Source: Planctomycetota bacterium
GTDB taxonomy: Bacteria; Planctomycetota; UBA1135
DNA length: 64,000 bases
Direction of reading: 5' to 3'
NCBI GenBank assembly: GCA_026421205.1
Contig: JAPKBM010000007.1
Location: 7,723 to 71,722, forward strand
Numbering within the stretch: position 1 is the first letter of the stretch; every line of letters starts with the position of its first letter. Below, piece after piece: positions 27,310 to 35,688 of the stretch. The translations under genes and the position numbers were made by a program. The notes under the pieces are model-generated. The model saw only the letters and a list, made by a program, of their open reading frames with translations. It had not been told where the DNA came from and ran no database searches.

Positions 27310-28764
27310 ATGTGCGGATTCATCGGAATTGCTGGGCTTGAGGGGCGCGACGTCGCTACCGAACTTTATGAAGGGCTAATTGCACTTCAGCACCGGGGCC
27401 AGGATGCCGCTGGAATTTTAAGTTATGACGGTATGTTTCATTTGCGGAAGCAAAATGGCATGGTGCGAGATATTTTTCGCTCCTCAGATATGCAACGCCT
27501 GAAAGGGAACCTAGCCGTCGGTCACGTGAGGTACCCGACTGTAGGCATGGGCAGTGAGCAAGATGCACAGCCGTTTTATATTAATTTCCCTTTTGGTGTT
27601 GGCATGGCGCACAATGGGAATCTCACGAATTGGGTGGATCTGAAATCAAATCGTTTTCCGGCAACCAATATTTGCGTGGAGTCCTCTTGTGATGTAGAGG
27701 CCATTCTTTATGCGTTTGCAGATGGACTTCGGCGTGCTGAACCATCCCTGCCCTTGGAAGATCGGGTGCGCGCAGGCGTGACAAATGCTTTCGAATTGGC
27801 AAAGGGTGCTTATTCGGTCGGCGGCATCCTTTCGGAGGGCGCGCTTTTTGGCTTTCGAGATCCCGTTGGAATTAAACCCTGCATTATTGGAAAAAGAGAG
27901 TCTGACGAAGGAACAGAATGGGCGGTTGCCTCCGAATCCGTAGCCTTGGACATGATGGGATTTGACCGGGTTCGAGATTTAAAAAACGGCGAAGCTTTTT
28001 TTGTTCGACCTGGCGAAGATCCAATTTTTGTGCAGGTTCTTGAGAAGAAACATCGCCCCTGTATCTTTGAATTAGTTTACTTCGCTAGGCCGGACTCGTT
28101 TTTGGATGGAATTAGCGTGTACAAAACTCGCCGACGGTTTGGGAAAGCTTTGGCTGAGCAATGGAAGGACGAAGGCGCCCCCTTGCCGGATGTTGTAATT
28201 CCTATTCCAGATAGCGCGCGCGATGCTGCGCTGTCCACGGCCAATCATTTGGGTCTTCCTTATCGTGAAGGATTTATTAAAAACCGTTATGTTGGGCGAA
28301 CTTTTATCATGCCGAATCAAGAGGCGCGAAAAACATCCATTCGGCGAAAATTGAACCCGATTGCATTGGAGTTTAAGGATAAAAATGTTTTGCTCGTGGA
28401 TGATTCCATTGTTCGCGGAAACACATCCCGAAGGATTATTGAGGCGGCGCGGGCGGCTGGCGCGAGGAACATTTATTTTGCCACCACGTCTCCTCCATTG
28501 GTTGCACCGTGTCCTTATGGCATTGACATGGCTACCACGAAGGATTTCATTGCGCGTGGCCGTTCTATTGATGAAGTTTGCGCGGACATCGGCGCAGACT
28601 ATCTGATGTATTTAGATCAAGACCGGATGGTAGATTCGGCTAGAGAGGGCAATACTGAAATTGAAAAGTTTTGCACTGGTTGTTTTACGGGTGACTATCC
28701 AACGACCGACGCCGCGGAGCACCTTGCGGCGCTTTCCGAAGAGCGGTCGGCGGCAAGAAATTAG
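27310..28764 (+). CDS. purF: Amidophosphoribosyltransferase
   Basis: MCGFIGI N-terminal nucleophile Cys, a PRPP-binding VLLVDDSIVRGNTS, and C-terminal cysteines (CTGCFTGDYP). Confidence 0.95.
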   Translation: MCGFIGIAGLEGRDVATELYEGLIALQHRGQDAAGILSYDGMFHLRKQNGMVRDIFRSSDMQRLKGNLAVGHVRYPTVGMGSEQDAQPFYINFPFGVGMAHNGNLTNWVDLKSNRFPATNICVESSCDVEAILYAFADGLRRAEPSLPLEDRVRAGVTNAFELAKGAYSVGGILSEGALFGFRDPVGIKPCIIGKRESDEGTEWAVASESVALDMMGFDRVRDLKNGEAFFVRPGEDPIFVQVLEKKHRPCIFELVYFARPDSFLDGISVYKTRRRFGKALAEQWKDEGAPLPDVVIPIPDSARDAALSTANHLGLPYREGFIKNRYVGRTFIMPNQEARKTSIRRKLNPIALEFKDKNVLLVDDSIVRGNTSRRIIEAARAAGARNIYFATTSPPLVAPCPYGIDMATTKDFIARGRSIDEVCADIGADYLMYLDQDRMVDSAREGNTEIEKFCTGCFTGDYPTTDAAEHLAALSEERSAARN

Positions 28765-31169
28765 AACTTCGTATTTCCCGCAGAGGCGAATCCGGAAAAT
28801 CCAAGAAAAGAAAGGCGGTCTTCTGCAGTTGGAGAAAGCCCTATCTTGATGGGGTAGGTGTTGCTTCCACTTTGAAGAGTCAAGGAAACTCCACCGGCGC
28901 TTACTTGAAGGCCAGAGATGATTGGGGTTCGGCTTTCGGGGTGAAGAAGGAAGATATAGGTTTCTTCTCCACTGTGGCTTGGGTTACTGGCGCGGAGAAA
29001 AACACTGTAATTGTCCAGCTTGGACCAATCACGAATATGTTTTTCGCCGCGGGCACTTTCAATGCTAATGATTTCTTTTCCGGTTTCAAACGCCATTCCT
29101 GTGGGGTAAGCGGAGGTTATTTTCCATGGATCACCATTGGCCAAGATGAGCCGAGCTCCCTTTGTATTGCGTTCAAACGCTCGCACGCGCTCTTTGGTGA
29201 CCAAGCTGCGAAAGTAAGTTTGAGCCGGAACAGGACTTGACGTTTGAACGCGGTCGACAATGAGCAATGTGTCATCCGGAAGGAGAAGAAAGCTTCGGTT
29301 AAGTCGAGGAACACTAAAGGCCCCTTTTTTCTTTTTTGTTCTTTTTGGGTAGGACTGGCCTATTTCTACAGAAGCAAACATCATTCCGTCGGCTTCTTTT
29401 GCTGTAGAAAAGGTCGTTTCCGGACGTTCTTTTTTGAGTTTTCCGGCAGGACCAAACCACTCATTCCATTCGCCAGACTGGCCAAGTTCTTTGGGCCGGC
29501 CAAGCTGAGCAAGATATTTTTTATCCCAAACTCGGCTTAAAGCAGAAGCTGTGACTGTCGGTTGGATAATGTCGGCAGGGCCAAAGGTCCAAGTGCTGTG
29601 TAGCGCGGTGCGTTTCGGCTTTTCGTAGAACCCTCCAGAAATGAAATCTTGTCCGCCAGGTTTGAAGATAAATCCACCATCATTCGGATGGTCGTGCGCA
29701 ATCGTGAATGTCCCAATGCGTGGATCATTAGCCTGCCACAAGGCCCAGGCACTTTTCCCTCCAGGGTCACTGGCGCTTACGGCAAAAATTGTGTCACGCG
29801 CACCCCAACCACGGCGAAAAATTGAGACGCCCCAGTCGATAAAGTAGGCAAACCCTGAGGTGTTGGCGGTTGTGATTGCTTCATTGCCTGCTGATGGGTC
29901 ATACCAGACATACTCCCAAAAGAGGGTTGCGCCATCGGGTTTTCCATAAGGGTAATCCGCTTTGGTTTCTTGAATGACTTGAAAGGCAAACCAATTTGCT
30001 TTTGGTTCCCGCGTGTATTTTGCGAGCAAAAAGAGCAGGTGTTCTGGTCCGTGACCCCAAGCGATATAGTTGTCGCCAAATCCAAGGACTTTGGCGAAGT
30101 TTTTCTGCGAACCGTGGACAAGGAAGTTGAAGTATTGTTGAAACCAAGGGCCAGAAAAATGGTCTTTTAGATTAAATCGATGGAGCAGAAAGAGGGTTGG
30201 GAGCAGGCCGTGGCCCCCATAGGAGGAGTACATTGGCCCCTCGTGATCCGAGCCATCTCCACGAAGATCATGGAGGTCCATCACTTTCTTTGTGTTTTGA
30301 AGACAGAGATCAATCCATTTTTGGGCGGCTGGATGCTCTGGCAGGACAGCGAGCGCGCCATGAAGAAGCGCGTTGTAGTTAATGTAATTGTGGTTGGCAA
30401 TAAAGCCTCGTGCCCATTCAGCAAGTTCCTTGGAATCTACAACGGATGCATAGTGTTCACATCGTTTGATGATGGCATTTTTGAAGGTTGTGCGTTGTGT
30501 CGGCGTGAATTGAGAGTACAGGCTGTCATAGGCAATGGAATAGGCCGTCAAAATAGCGGCGCCATCTAGGTTGACCTCTCTCTCTTTGTTCGGTCCCCAA
30601 TAATTCCAGCCTGCCATATTTTCCATGGCCTCAGTTGTCCAGGAAACCGAAGCCGCACGTTGATTGAGGTTTGGGTGAAAGAGGGCAGAGGCCGTCATGC
30701 CAATCAGAATGTCTCCTTGCGTTCGCCAGGACCCTTTTCCGCCCGGAAGGTCCCGAACATTTTTAGAGGGCAGTTTTTTATTTTTTTTGGCGATGCCCAA
30801 GTTGCCAAAACCTTGGATGCGTTGGCTGAGAGTTGTGTGAGTTCCAGAGGATTGCAACTGAAGACCTTGGAGCTCGGTTTGTGAAAAGTAGAGCCGAGGG
30901 TGTCCGTCGGGAATATATGTGGGTGGGGACGGAACATTTTCGCCGCCGGGAGTTGGCGTCTGGGGGGGGCTTGCGGGAGGCGGAGCAGGAGCTTCTACCC
31001 GGGGGGACCTGGGCTCCTGTTGTTGCTTCGGCCGACGCTCTTTACGGGGATTTTCTTGCGGCAATTCAGATTTTGCCACACGAAGTATTTTGCGGATTGG
31101 CGCCTTAGAGCCGCAGGAGGTTCCAATCGGGGTAAGGAGGGCAAGAAACAGGAGAAGGATGGGATGCAT
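28761..31169 (-). CDS. Lipoprotein with proline-rich linker and heparinase II/III-like (polysaccharide lyase-like) body
   Basis: Lipobox IGTSC and a Pro-rich stretch [16 protein letters not shown]. The alpha/alpha region ([17 protein letters not shown]) plus a beta-sandwich C-terminal half resemble DUF4962/heparinase II-III proteins. Family assignment is tentative. Confidence 0.45.
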   Translation of the reverse strand: MHPILLLFLALLTPIGTSCGSKAPIRKILRVAKSELPQENPRKERRPKQQQEPRSPRVEAPAPPPASPPQTPTPGGENVPSPPTYIPDGHPRLYFSQTELQGLQLQSSGTHTTLSQRIQGFGNLGIAKKNKKLPSKNVRDLPGGKGSWRTQGDILIGMTASALFHPNLNQRAASVSWTTEAMENMAGWNYWGPNKEREVNLDGAAILTAYSIAYDSLYSQFTPTQRTTFKNAIIKRCEHYASVVDSKELAEWARGFIANHNYINYNALLHGALAVLPEHPAAQKWIDLCLQNTKKVMDLHDLRGDGSDHEGPMYSSYGGHGLLPTLFLLHRFNLKDHFSGPWFQQYFNFLVHGSQKNFAKVLGFGDNYIAWGHGPEHLLFLLAKYTREPKANWFAFQVIQETKADYPYGKPDGATLFWEYVWYDPSAGNEAITTANTSGFAYFIDWGVSIFRRGWGARDTIFAVSASDPGGKSAWALWQANDPRIGTFTIAHDHPNDGGFIFKPGGQDFISGGFYEKPKRTALHSTWTFGPADIIQPTVTASALSRVWDKKYLAQLGRPKELGQSGEWNEWFGPAGKLKKERPETTFSTAKEADGMMFASVEIGQSYPKRTKKKKGAFSVPRLNRSFLLLPDDTLLIVDRVQTSSPVPAQTYFRSLVTKERVRAFERNTKGARLILANGDPWKITSAYPTGMAFETGKEIISIESARGEKHIRDWSKLDNYSVFLRASNPSHSGEETYIFLLHPESRTPIISGLQVSAGGVSLTLQSGSNTYPIKIGLSPTAEDRLSFLGFSGFASAGNTKF

Positions 31170-31246
31170 GATGTCGGCAATATCCTAACGATTGCCCGCT
31201 CGGGTAAGATTCCAGGTTCCTTTTGTCACTCCGACCGTTTGAAATC

Positions 31247-33043
31247 ATGAAATTGCGCAATGTTGCCATCGTGGCCCACGTAGACCACGGCAAAACGACC
31301 CTTGTTGACGGGCTCTTCAAGGAGGCTGGAACTTTGGGCCGTGGCGAAGTTGGGGCGGACCGGTTGATGGATACCGATGATTTGGAGCGAGAGCGGGGAA
31401 TCACCATCCTGTCAAAAAATGCCACCGTGGACTGGAAAGGTGTTCGAGTGAATCTCATTGACACGCCGGGTCACGCGGATTTCGGCGGACAAGTGGAGCG
31501 CGTTTTGTCCATGGCCGACGGCGTATTGTTGTTGGTGGACGCCTTTGAAGGCGTGATGCCGCAAACACGGTTTGTTTTAAAGAAGTCGTTCGAAGCGGGA
31601 CTTCGGCCTTTGGTGGTCGTGAACAAGATGGACCGGCAGGATGCACGTCCAGACGCAGTACTTGGGGAGGTCTTTGATTTGTTTGTGGACCTTGGAGCCG
31701 AGGAACTTGCTTTAGATTTTCCTGTAATTTACGCCAGCGCCCGCAGTGGCTGGGCCTCTCGGGAAGAAGCGGCGGAGGGTGATGGTTTTGCTTGTTTACT
31801 GGATGACATCTTGAAATACGTTCCAGCGCCACAGACGGACGAAGATGCACCTATGCGTTTTCAGGTGAGCACCTTAGATTGGGATGATTATGTCGGCCGG
31901 ATTGGAATTGGAAAAGTGGACCGCGGCGTGATTCGGAAGGGAATGGCTGTTTCAGTCTTGACAGCAAACGCAAAACCACGGACCGCTAAAATCAAAGAGC
32001 TTTATCGAATTGAGGGCATGGGGCGCGTGGATGTAGAGTCTGTTTCTGCTGGGGACATAGCGGCAATTTCCGGAATTCCCGACGCAGGACTTGGGGATTC
32101 GATTTGTGCCTTAGAGGCACCTGAGGCCCTTCCTTTCTTACACGTGGAGGACCCTACGATTGAGATGGAGTTTTTAGTCAACGACTCGCCCCTTGCTGGA
32201 CGCGTTGGACAGTTTGTGACTTCTCGTCAGGTTCTTGAGCGGCTTGAAAAAGCAGAAATGATGGATCCGGCATTGCGCGTGACACTATTAGATGGAGGCG
32301 GATGCCTTGTGGGCGGGCGAGGGGTTTTGCACCTTGGAATCTTGATTGAAAATATGCGTCGAGAAGGTTTTGAGTTCTCCGTCGGGAAGCCTCGGGTTTT
32401 ACTGCAAGAGCAAGACGGAAAAAAAATGGAGCCATTGGAGGCTGCTGTGGTGGAATGCCCCGAGGATTCCATGGGCAAGGTGATTGAGTACTTCGGAGGT
32501 CGTGGCGCAGAAATTCGTTCTATGGATCGCCGAGGAAGTCGAGTTTCTTTAAATATGACTGTTCCGACGCGGGGGCTTCTTGGTGCACGCACCCAGGTTT
32601 TGACGTTAACTCGTGGCGAAGGCAATGTGTCTTCTGTATTTGAGGGCTGGGTCCCCATGACCGACGGTTTGGGTGCGCGGCACAATGGCGTTCTTGTCGC
32701 CAACGAAGCCGGAAAAGTCACGACTTACTCTCTGCGGGCATTTGAAGATCGAGGGATATTTTTTGTGGGACCTGGCGTTGAGGTCTACGAAGGAATGATT
32801 CTTGGGGAAAACAATAAAGACAAAGACATTGTCCTGAATATTATTCGAGAGAAGAAACTTACGAACGTTCGGTCGGCGGGCAAGGACAATGATGACAAAC
32901 TCCGACGCCCGCGTGACATGGGTTTAGAGGCCTGCTTAGAGTTTTTGGACGACGACGAACTCCTAGAAGTTGGCCCAACCTTTTTACGGCTTCGCAAGCG
33001 TCTTCGTCGTGAGAAAATGCGTTTGCGTGCGCAGGAATCATAA
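31247..33043 (+). CDS. typA: Translational GTPase TypA/BipA
   Basis: [30 protein letters not shown]-like, NKMDR. Length about 600 aa. Confidence 0.95.
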   Translation: MKLRNVAIVAHVDHGKTTLVDGLFKEAGTLGRGEVGADRLMDTDDLERERGITILSKNATVDWKGVRVNLIDTPGHADFGGQVERVLSMADGVLLLVDAFEGVMPQTRFVLKKSFEAGLRPLVVVNKMDRQDARPDAVLGEVFDLFVDLGAEELALDFPVIYASARSGWASREEAAEGDGFACLLDDILKYVPAPQTDEDAPMRFQVSTLDWDDYVGRIGIGKVDRGVIRKGMAVSVLTANAKPRTAKIKELYRIEGMGRVDVESVSAGDIAAISGIPDAGLGDSICALEAPEALPFLHVEDPTIEMEFLVNDSPLAGRVGQFVTSRQVLERLEKAEMMDPALRVTLLDGGGCLVGGRGVLHLGILIENMRREGFEFSVGKPRVLLQEQDGKKMEPLEAAVVECPEDSMGKVIEYFGGRGAEIRSMDRRGSRVSLNMTVPTRGLLGARTQVLTLTRGEGNVSSVFEGWVPMTDGLGARHNGVLVANEAGKVTTYSLRAFEDRGIFFVGPGVEVYEGMILGENNKDKDIVLNIIREKKLTNVRSAGKDNDDKLRRPRDMGLEACLEFLDDDELLEVGPTFLRLRKRLRREKMRLRAQES

Positions 33044-33248
33044 GAGTTGTGCGCCGGTAAGTACCAGTCCAGCACATAATCACCCACCATGTGATGGGAG
33101 GAGAAAAGCGCAGGGAGAGACTCCAAGGATGCGCGCATGTAGGTCAGGCCATCGTTTGCCGTACGCAATATGGCTAGGCATGCAAATGCTTTTATTTCAG
33201 ACAAAAAGACCCATTTCTTTTCTGCGGATGAAGCGGGCGGGTGACTTA

Positions 33249-34304
33249 CTACTGAATCACTAGGTTGAGCCCGTCGGACAAGACGCCGGCACCGCCAGGT
33301 CCTGGGGTGACGTCTAAAGCCTGGAGCCAAACGGGTAGGTTGCGGAAACCAAGAGGAATGTATTCAAGTAGCGTTGCAATGCCGTTTGCGTCGGCAACGG
33401 TCACAGGAAGAATGCCCCAAGGTTGAGACAAAAGAATATTTCCATACGTGCTAGAAGTTGGGCCTCCACCAAAAATGGAGTAGGCAAAAAAGACGCGATG
33501 GCCAGGCACGCAATTGAACGCTTTTAGCGTGGTGTAACGGCCGGAAATAAAATTTTCCGCCGTGATACGGGGGCCATCTGCTTCCGTGGCAATGACAATG
33601 TTGTCAAAGTCAAAGCCCGTGACCAGACCATCACCAGATTGAATATAGATTTCATTAAAATGAATATCCGGCATGTAAGAAAAAGCATTTGGCGTTGTGG
33701 TCGGGTATTCCTCCGTAGGGTCTACCCAAAGGCTGACAAAGTCGTCTCCGGCTTCGAAATCAATGCGAACTACGAGGCGTGCTTGTACATCGCAATCTGT
33801 GTTAGGAGCTTCAACGGGCGCGCCCACAAAATTCTTTTCAAAGCCCCAAGCCGTTCCGCCCCAATTACTTCCAATGAAAAGTTGGTGGCCGGTCCACTGA
33901 CGATTTAGGTGGAGACCCCCATAAAAATCATCTCCTCCTGGCGTGCGTTGGCAATCAAAAGAAATCCAGATGGTGGTGCCCTCTTTGCCAAGAACACCCG
34001 TGACGGGGTCTTTGAGCCAGGCGAACTGATCCAGGTCCAATGCACGGAAAGAGCCACTGTGCTCAAGATTCGTGCGCTGCATTCCGCCGATGGAATCAAA
34101 CCCCGGCACAATGCAAATGCTGGCATCGTCAGTGTTACCAGCCCACCACTCAGCAGCCCAACCGGTTCCCCCATTTTGATTTCCGATGTTTCCAGCCGGA
34201 TAATCAAACGTCTCTGTGGCCAGCACTTGTTGTTGGGCCGCGGCGAAGGGCGCCGCTGCCAGAGCAAATGTGGTAACGAGGGGGAGCAGGTTGAAGGCTT
34301 GCAT
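33249..34304 (-). CDS. Secreted protein: LamG/ConA-like jelly-roll N-domain plus conserved C-terminal module (paralog A)
   Basis: Signal peptide, then ATETFDYPAGNIGNQNGGTGWAAEWW. By eye about 40-45% identical to the adjacent ORF over the full length. Confidence 0.6.
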   Translation of the reverse strand: MQAFNLLPLVTTFALAAAPFAAAQQQVLATETFDYPAGNIGNQNGGTGWAAEWWAGNTDDASICIVPGFDSIGGMQRTNLEHSGSFRALDLDQFAWLKDPVTGVLGKEGTTIWISFDCQRTPGGDDFYGGLHLNRQWTGHQLFIGSNWGGTAWGFEKNFVGAPVEAPNTDCDVQARLVVRIDFEAGDDFVSLWVDPTEEYPTTTPNAFSYMPDIHFNEIYIQSGDGLVTGFDFDNIVIATEADGPRITAENFISGRYTTLKAFNCVPGHRVFFAYSIFGGGPTSSTYGNILLSQPWGILPVTVADANGIATLLEYIPLGFRNLPVWLQALDVTPGPGGAGVLSDGLNLVIQ

Positions 34305-34314
34305 GAGGAAGAGT

Positions 34315-35358
34315 TTATTGAATGCTTACCGCCAAAGAGTTACTGAGATTACCGCCACCACCCGCAAGTAATTCCGCGGCCTGAAGGAAAACAGGCATGC
34401 CGGTCGTTCCAGGTGGAATCATCACATCAAAAACAAGCTGGCCATTAGCGTCGGCGGGGAAAGGCTGCATTTGTCTGATGGGTGCGGAGAGATCCACGTT
34501 CCCCAACGGAGTTGGGCTGGGACCAGGACCGGTTAAGGAGTAGGCCACCAAGATATTATTGCCGGGCGCTGCCCCCTGAACCGTGATCGTTGCAGGCTGA
34601 CCTGCAATGAGGTTGCGAATGCCAAGGCCAACACCAAGGTCGCCTTCGGCGGCGAGCTCTAAGTCGTCAAAAAGAAAGCCCGTTGCGGAGCCACTTCCAG
34701 AAGTCATTTTGAACTCATTAAAGCGGAAGTCGGGCAACATGATGTCAATATCGCCCGCAGTGGTTGGGTAGTCCGAGGCGGGGTTCACCCAAAGCTGGAC
34801 ACGCTCATCCCCAGGGAGAAAGTCAATCCGGCAAACAAGGTGTGCCTGAGTGTCTACGGAACTTCCGGCCACAAAAGTTGGACCCGTTACCCAGGGGACC
34901 TCAATGCCCCATTCGTCTGACCCCCAAGGGGAGCCAATGAAAAGGCCTTCGCCGACCCAAGCCATATTGAGAACAATACCGCCGTAAGAGTCGTCACTGT
35001 TTGGGTCTCGCATGGAGTCAAAAGAAATCCACATGCTGGTTCCGTCGGCGCCAAGAGCATCATTGTCTGGGTCCAAGATAGAGCCCCAGCCACCAATAGA
35101 AGGCATCCGGTAGGAGCCAGCATGTTCATAGTTGGTGCGCGCTGCCCCGCCGATGCCATCAAGCCCGGGGTAAGTCACCATGGCGTCGTCAAAGTTTCCG
35201 CCGGACCACCATTCATTGTGCCAACCACTACCACCGGCTTGGCCTCCAAGGGGCCCCGCGCCGTAATCGAAGGACTCCGTGGCAAGTGTCGTTTGTTGGG
35301 TAAGAGCCAGCGGGGACGTGGCCAAAAGGAGGAATGGAATTAGAGGGATAATGCGCAT
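34315..35358 (-). CDS. Secreted protein: LamG/ConA-like jelly-roll N-domain plus conserved C-terminal module (paralog B)
   Basis: Signal peptide, then ATESFDYGAGPLGGQAGGSGWHNEWW. Colinear with paralog A and separated from it by 10 nt. Confidence 0.6.
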   Translation of the reverse strand: MRIIPLIPFLLLATSPLALTQQTTLATESFDYGAGPLGGQAGGSGWHNEWWSGGNFDDAMVTYPGLDGIGGAARTNYEHAGSYRMPSIGGWGSILDPDNDALGADGTSMWISFDSMRDPNSDDSYGGIVLNMAWVGEGLFIGSPWGSDEWGIEVPWVTGPTFVAGSSVDTQAHLVCRIDFLPGDERVQLWVNPASDYPTTAGDIDIMLPDFRFNEFKMTSGSGSATGFLFDDLELAAEGDLGVGLGIRNLIAGQPATITVQGAAPGNNILVAYSLTGPGPSPTPLGNVDLSAPIRQMQPFPADANGQLVFDVMIPPGTTGMPVFLQAAELLAGGGGNLSNSLAVSIQ

Positions 35359-35502
35359 GAGTAGGGCGAGTTCGGGGAAGAGGCTAGGGAATGCAAAAGA
35401 AACCCCATGCCATCCTTGATATTACTACGAAATTGCCTTTGGTGCGGCGAGTTTGAAATTTTTTACCAAATTTCATTTCCAGATGTTGACTAGACTGCTG
35501 AG

Positions 35503-35688
35503 ATGCCCCTAGTCACTCTTCTCTCATCGGAAAATTTATGGGAGGTCACCTTTCAGGTTGACTCGGACCAGGCTGCAGCGTGGGGAGGCCCTCATCAAAT
35601 TCATTTGGCAGGGACATTCAATGGCTGGGAAGAGGCAGTCGACGCATTTGATGACGCCGATTATTGTGACAAGATTAAGGCTGAGTAA
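35503..35688 (+). CDS. 61-aa mini-ORF with a CBM48-like fragment (possible gene remnant)
   Basis: LWEVTFQVDS...IHLAGTFNGWEEAV resembles the CBM48 VxFRV...LxGDFNGW signature. It ends 28 nt inside the 3' end of the convergent GH13 gene. Confidence 0.25.
   Translation: MPLVTLLSSENLWEVTFQVDSDQAAAWGGPHQIHLAGTFNGWEEAVDAFDDADYCDKIKAE

Noticed and set aside
33044-33248. 205-nt gap between the typA and paralog A 3' ends, checked for a terminator or small RNA; also the 97-aa ORF at 32970-33263
   Set aside because: I could find only weak 4-bp hairpins and no T-tract terminator or conserved RNA motif. The 97-aa ORF overlaps typA and has a low-complexity composition.
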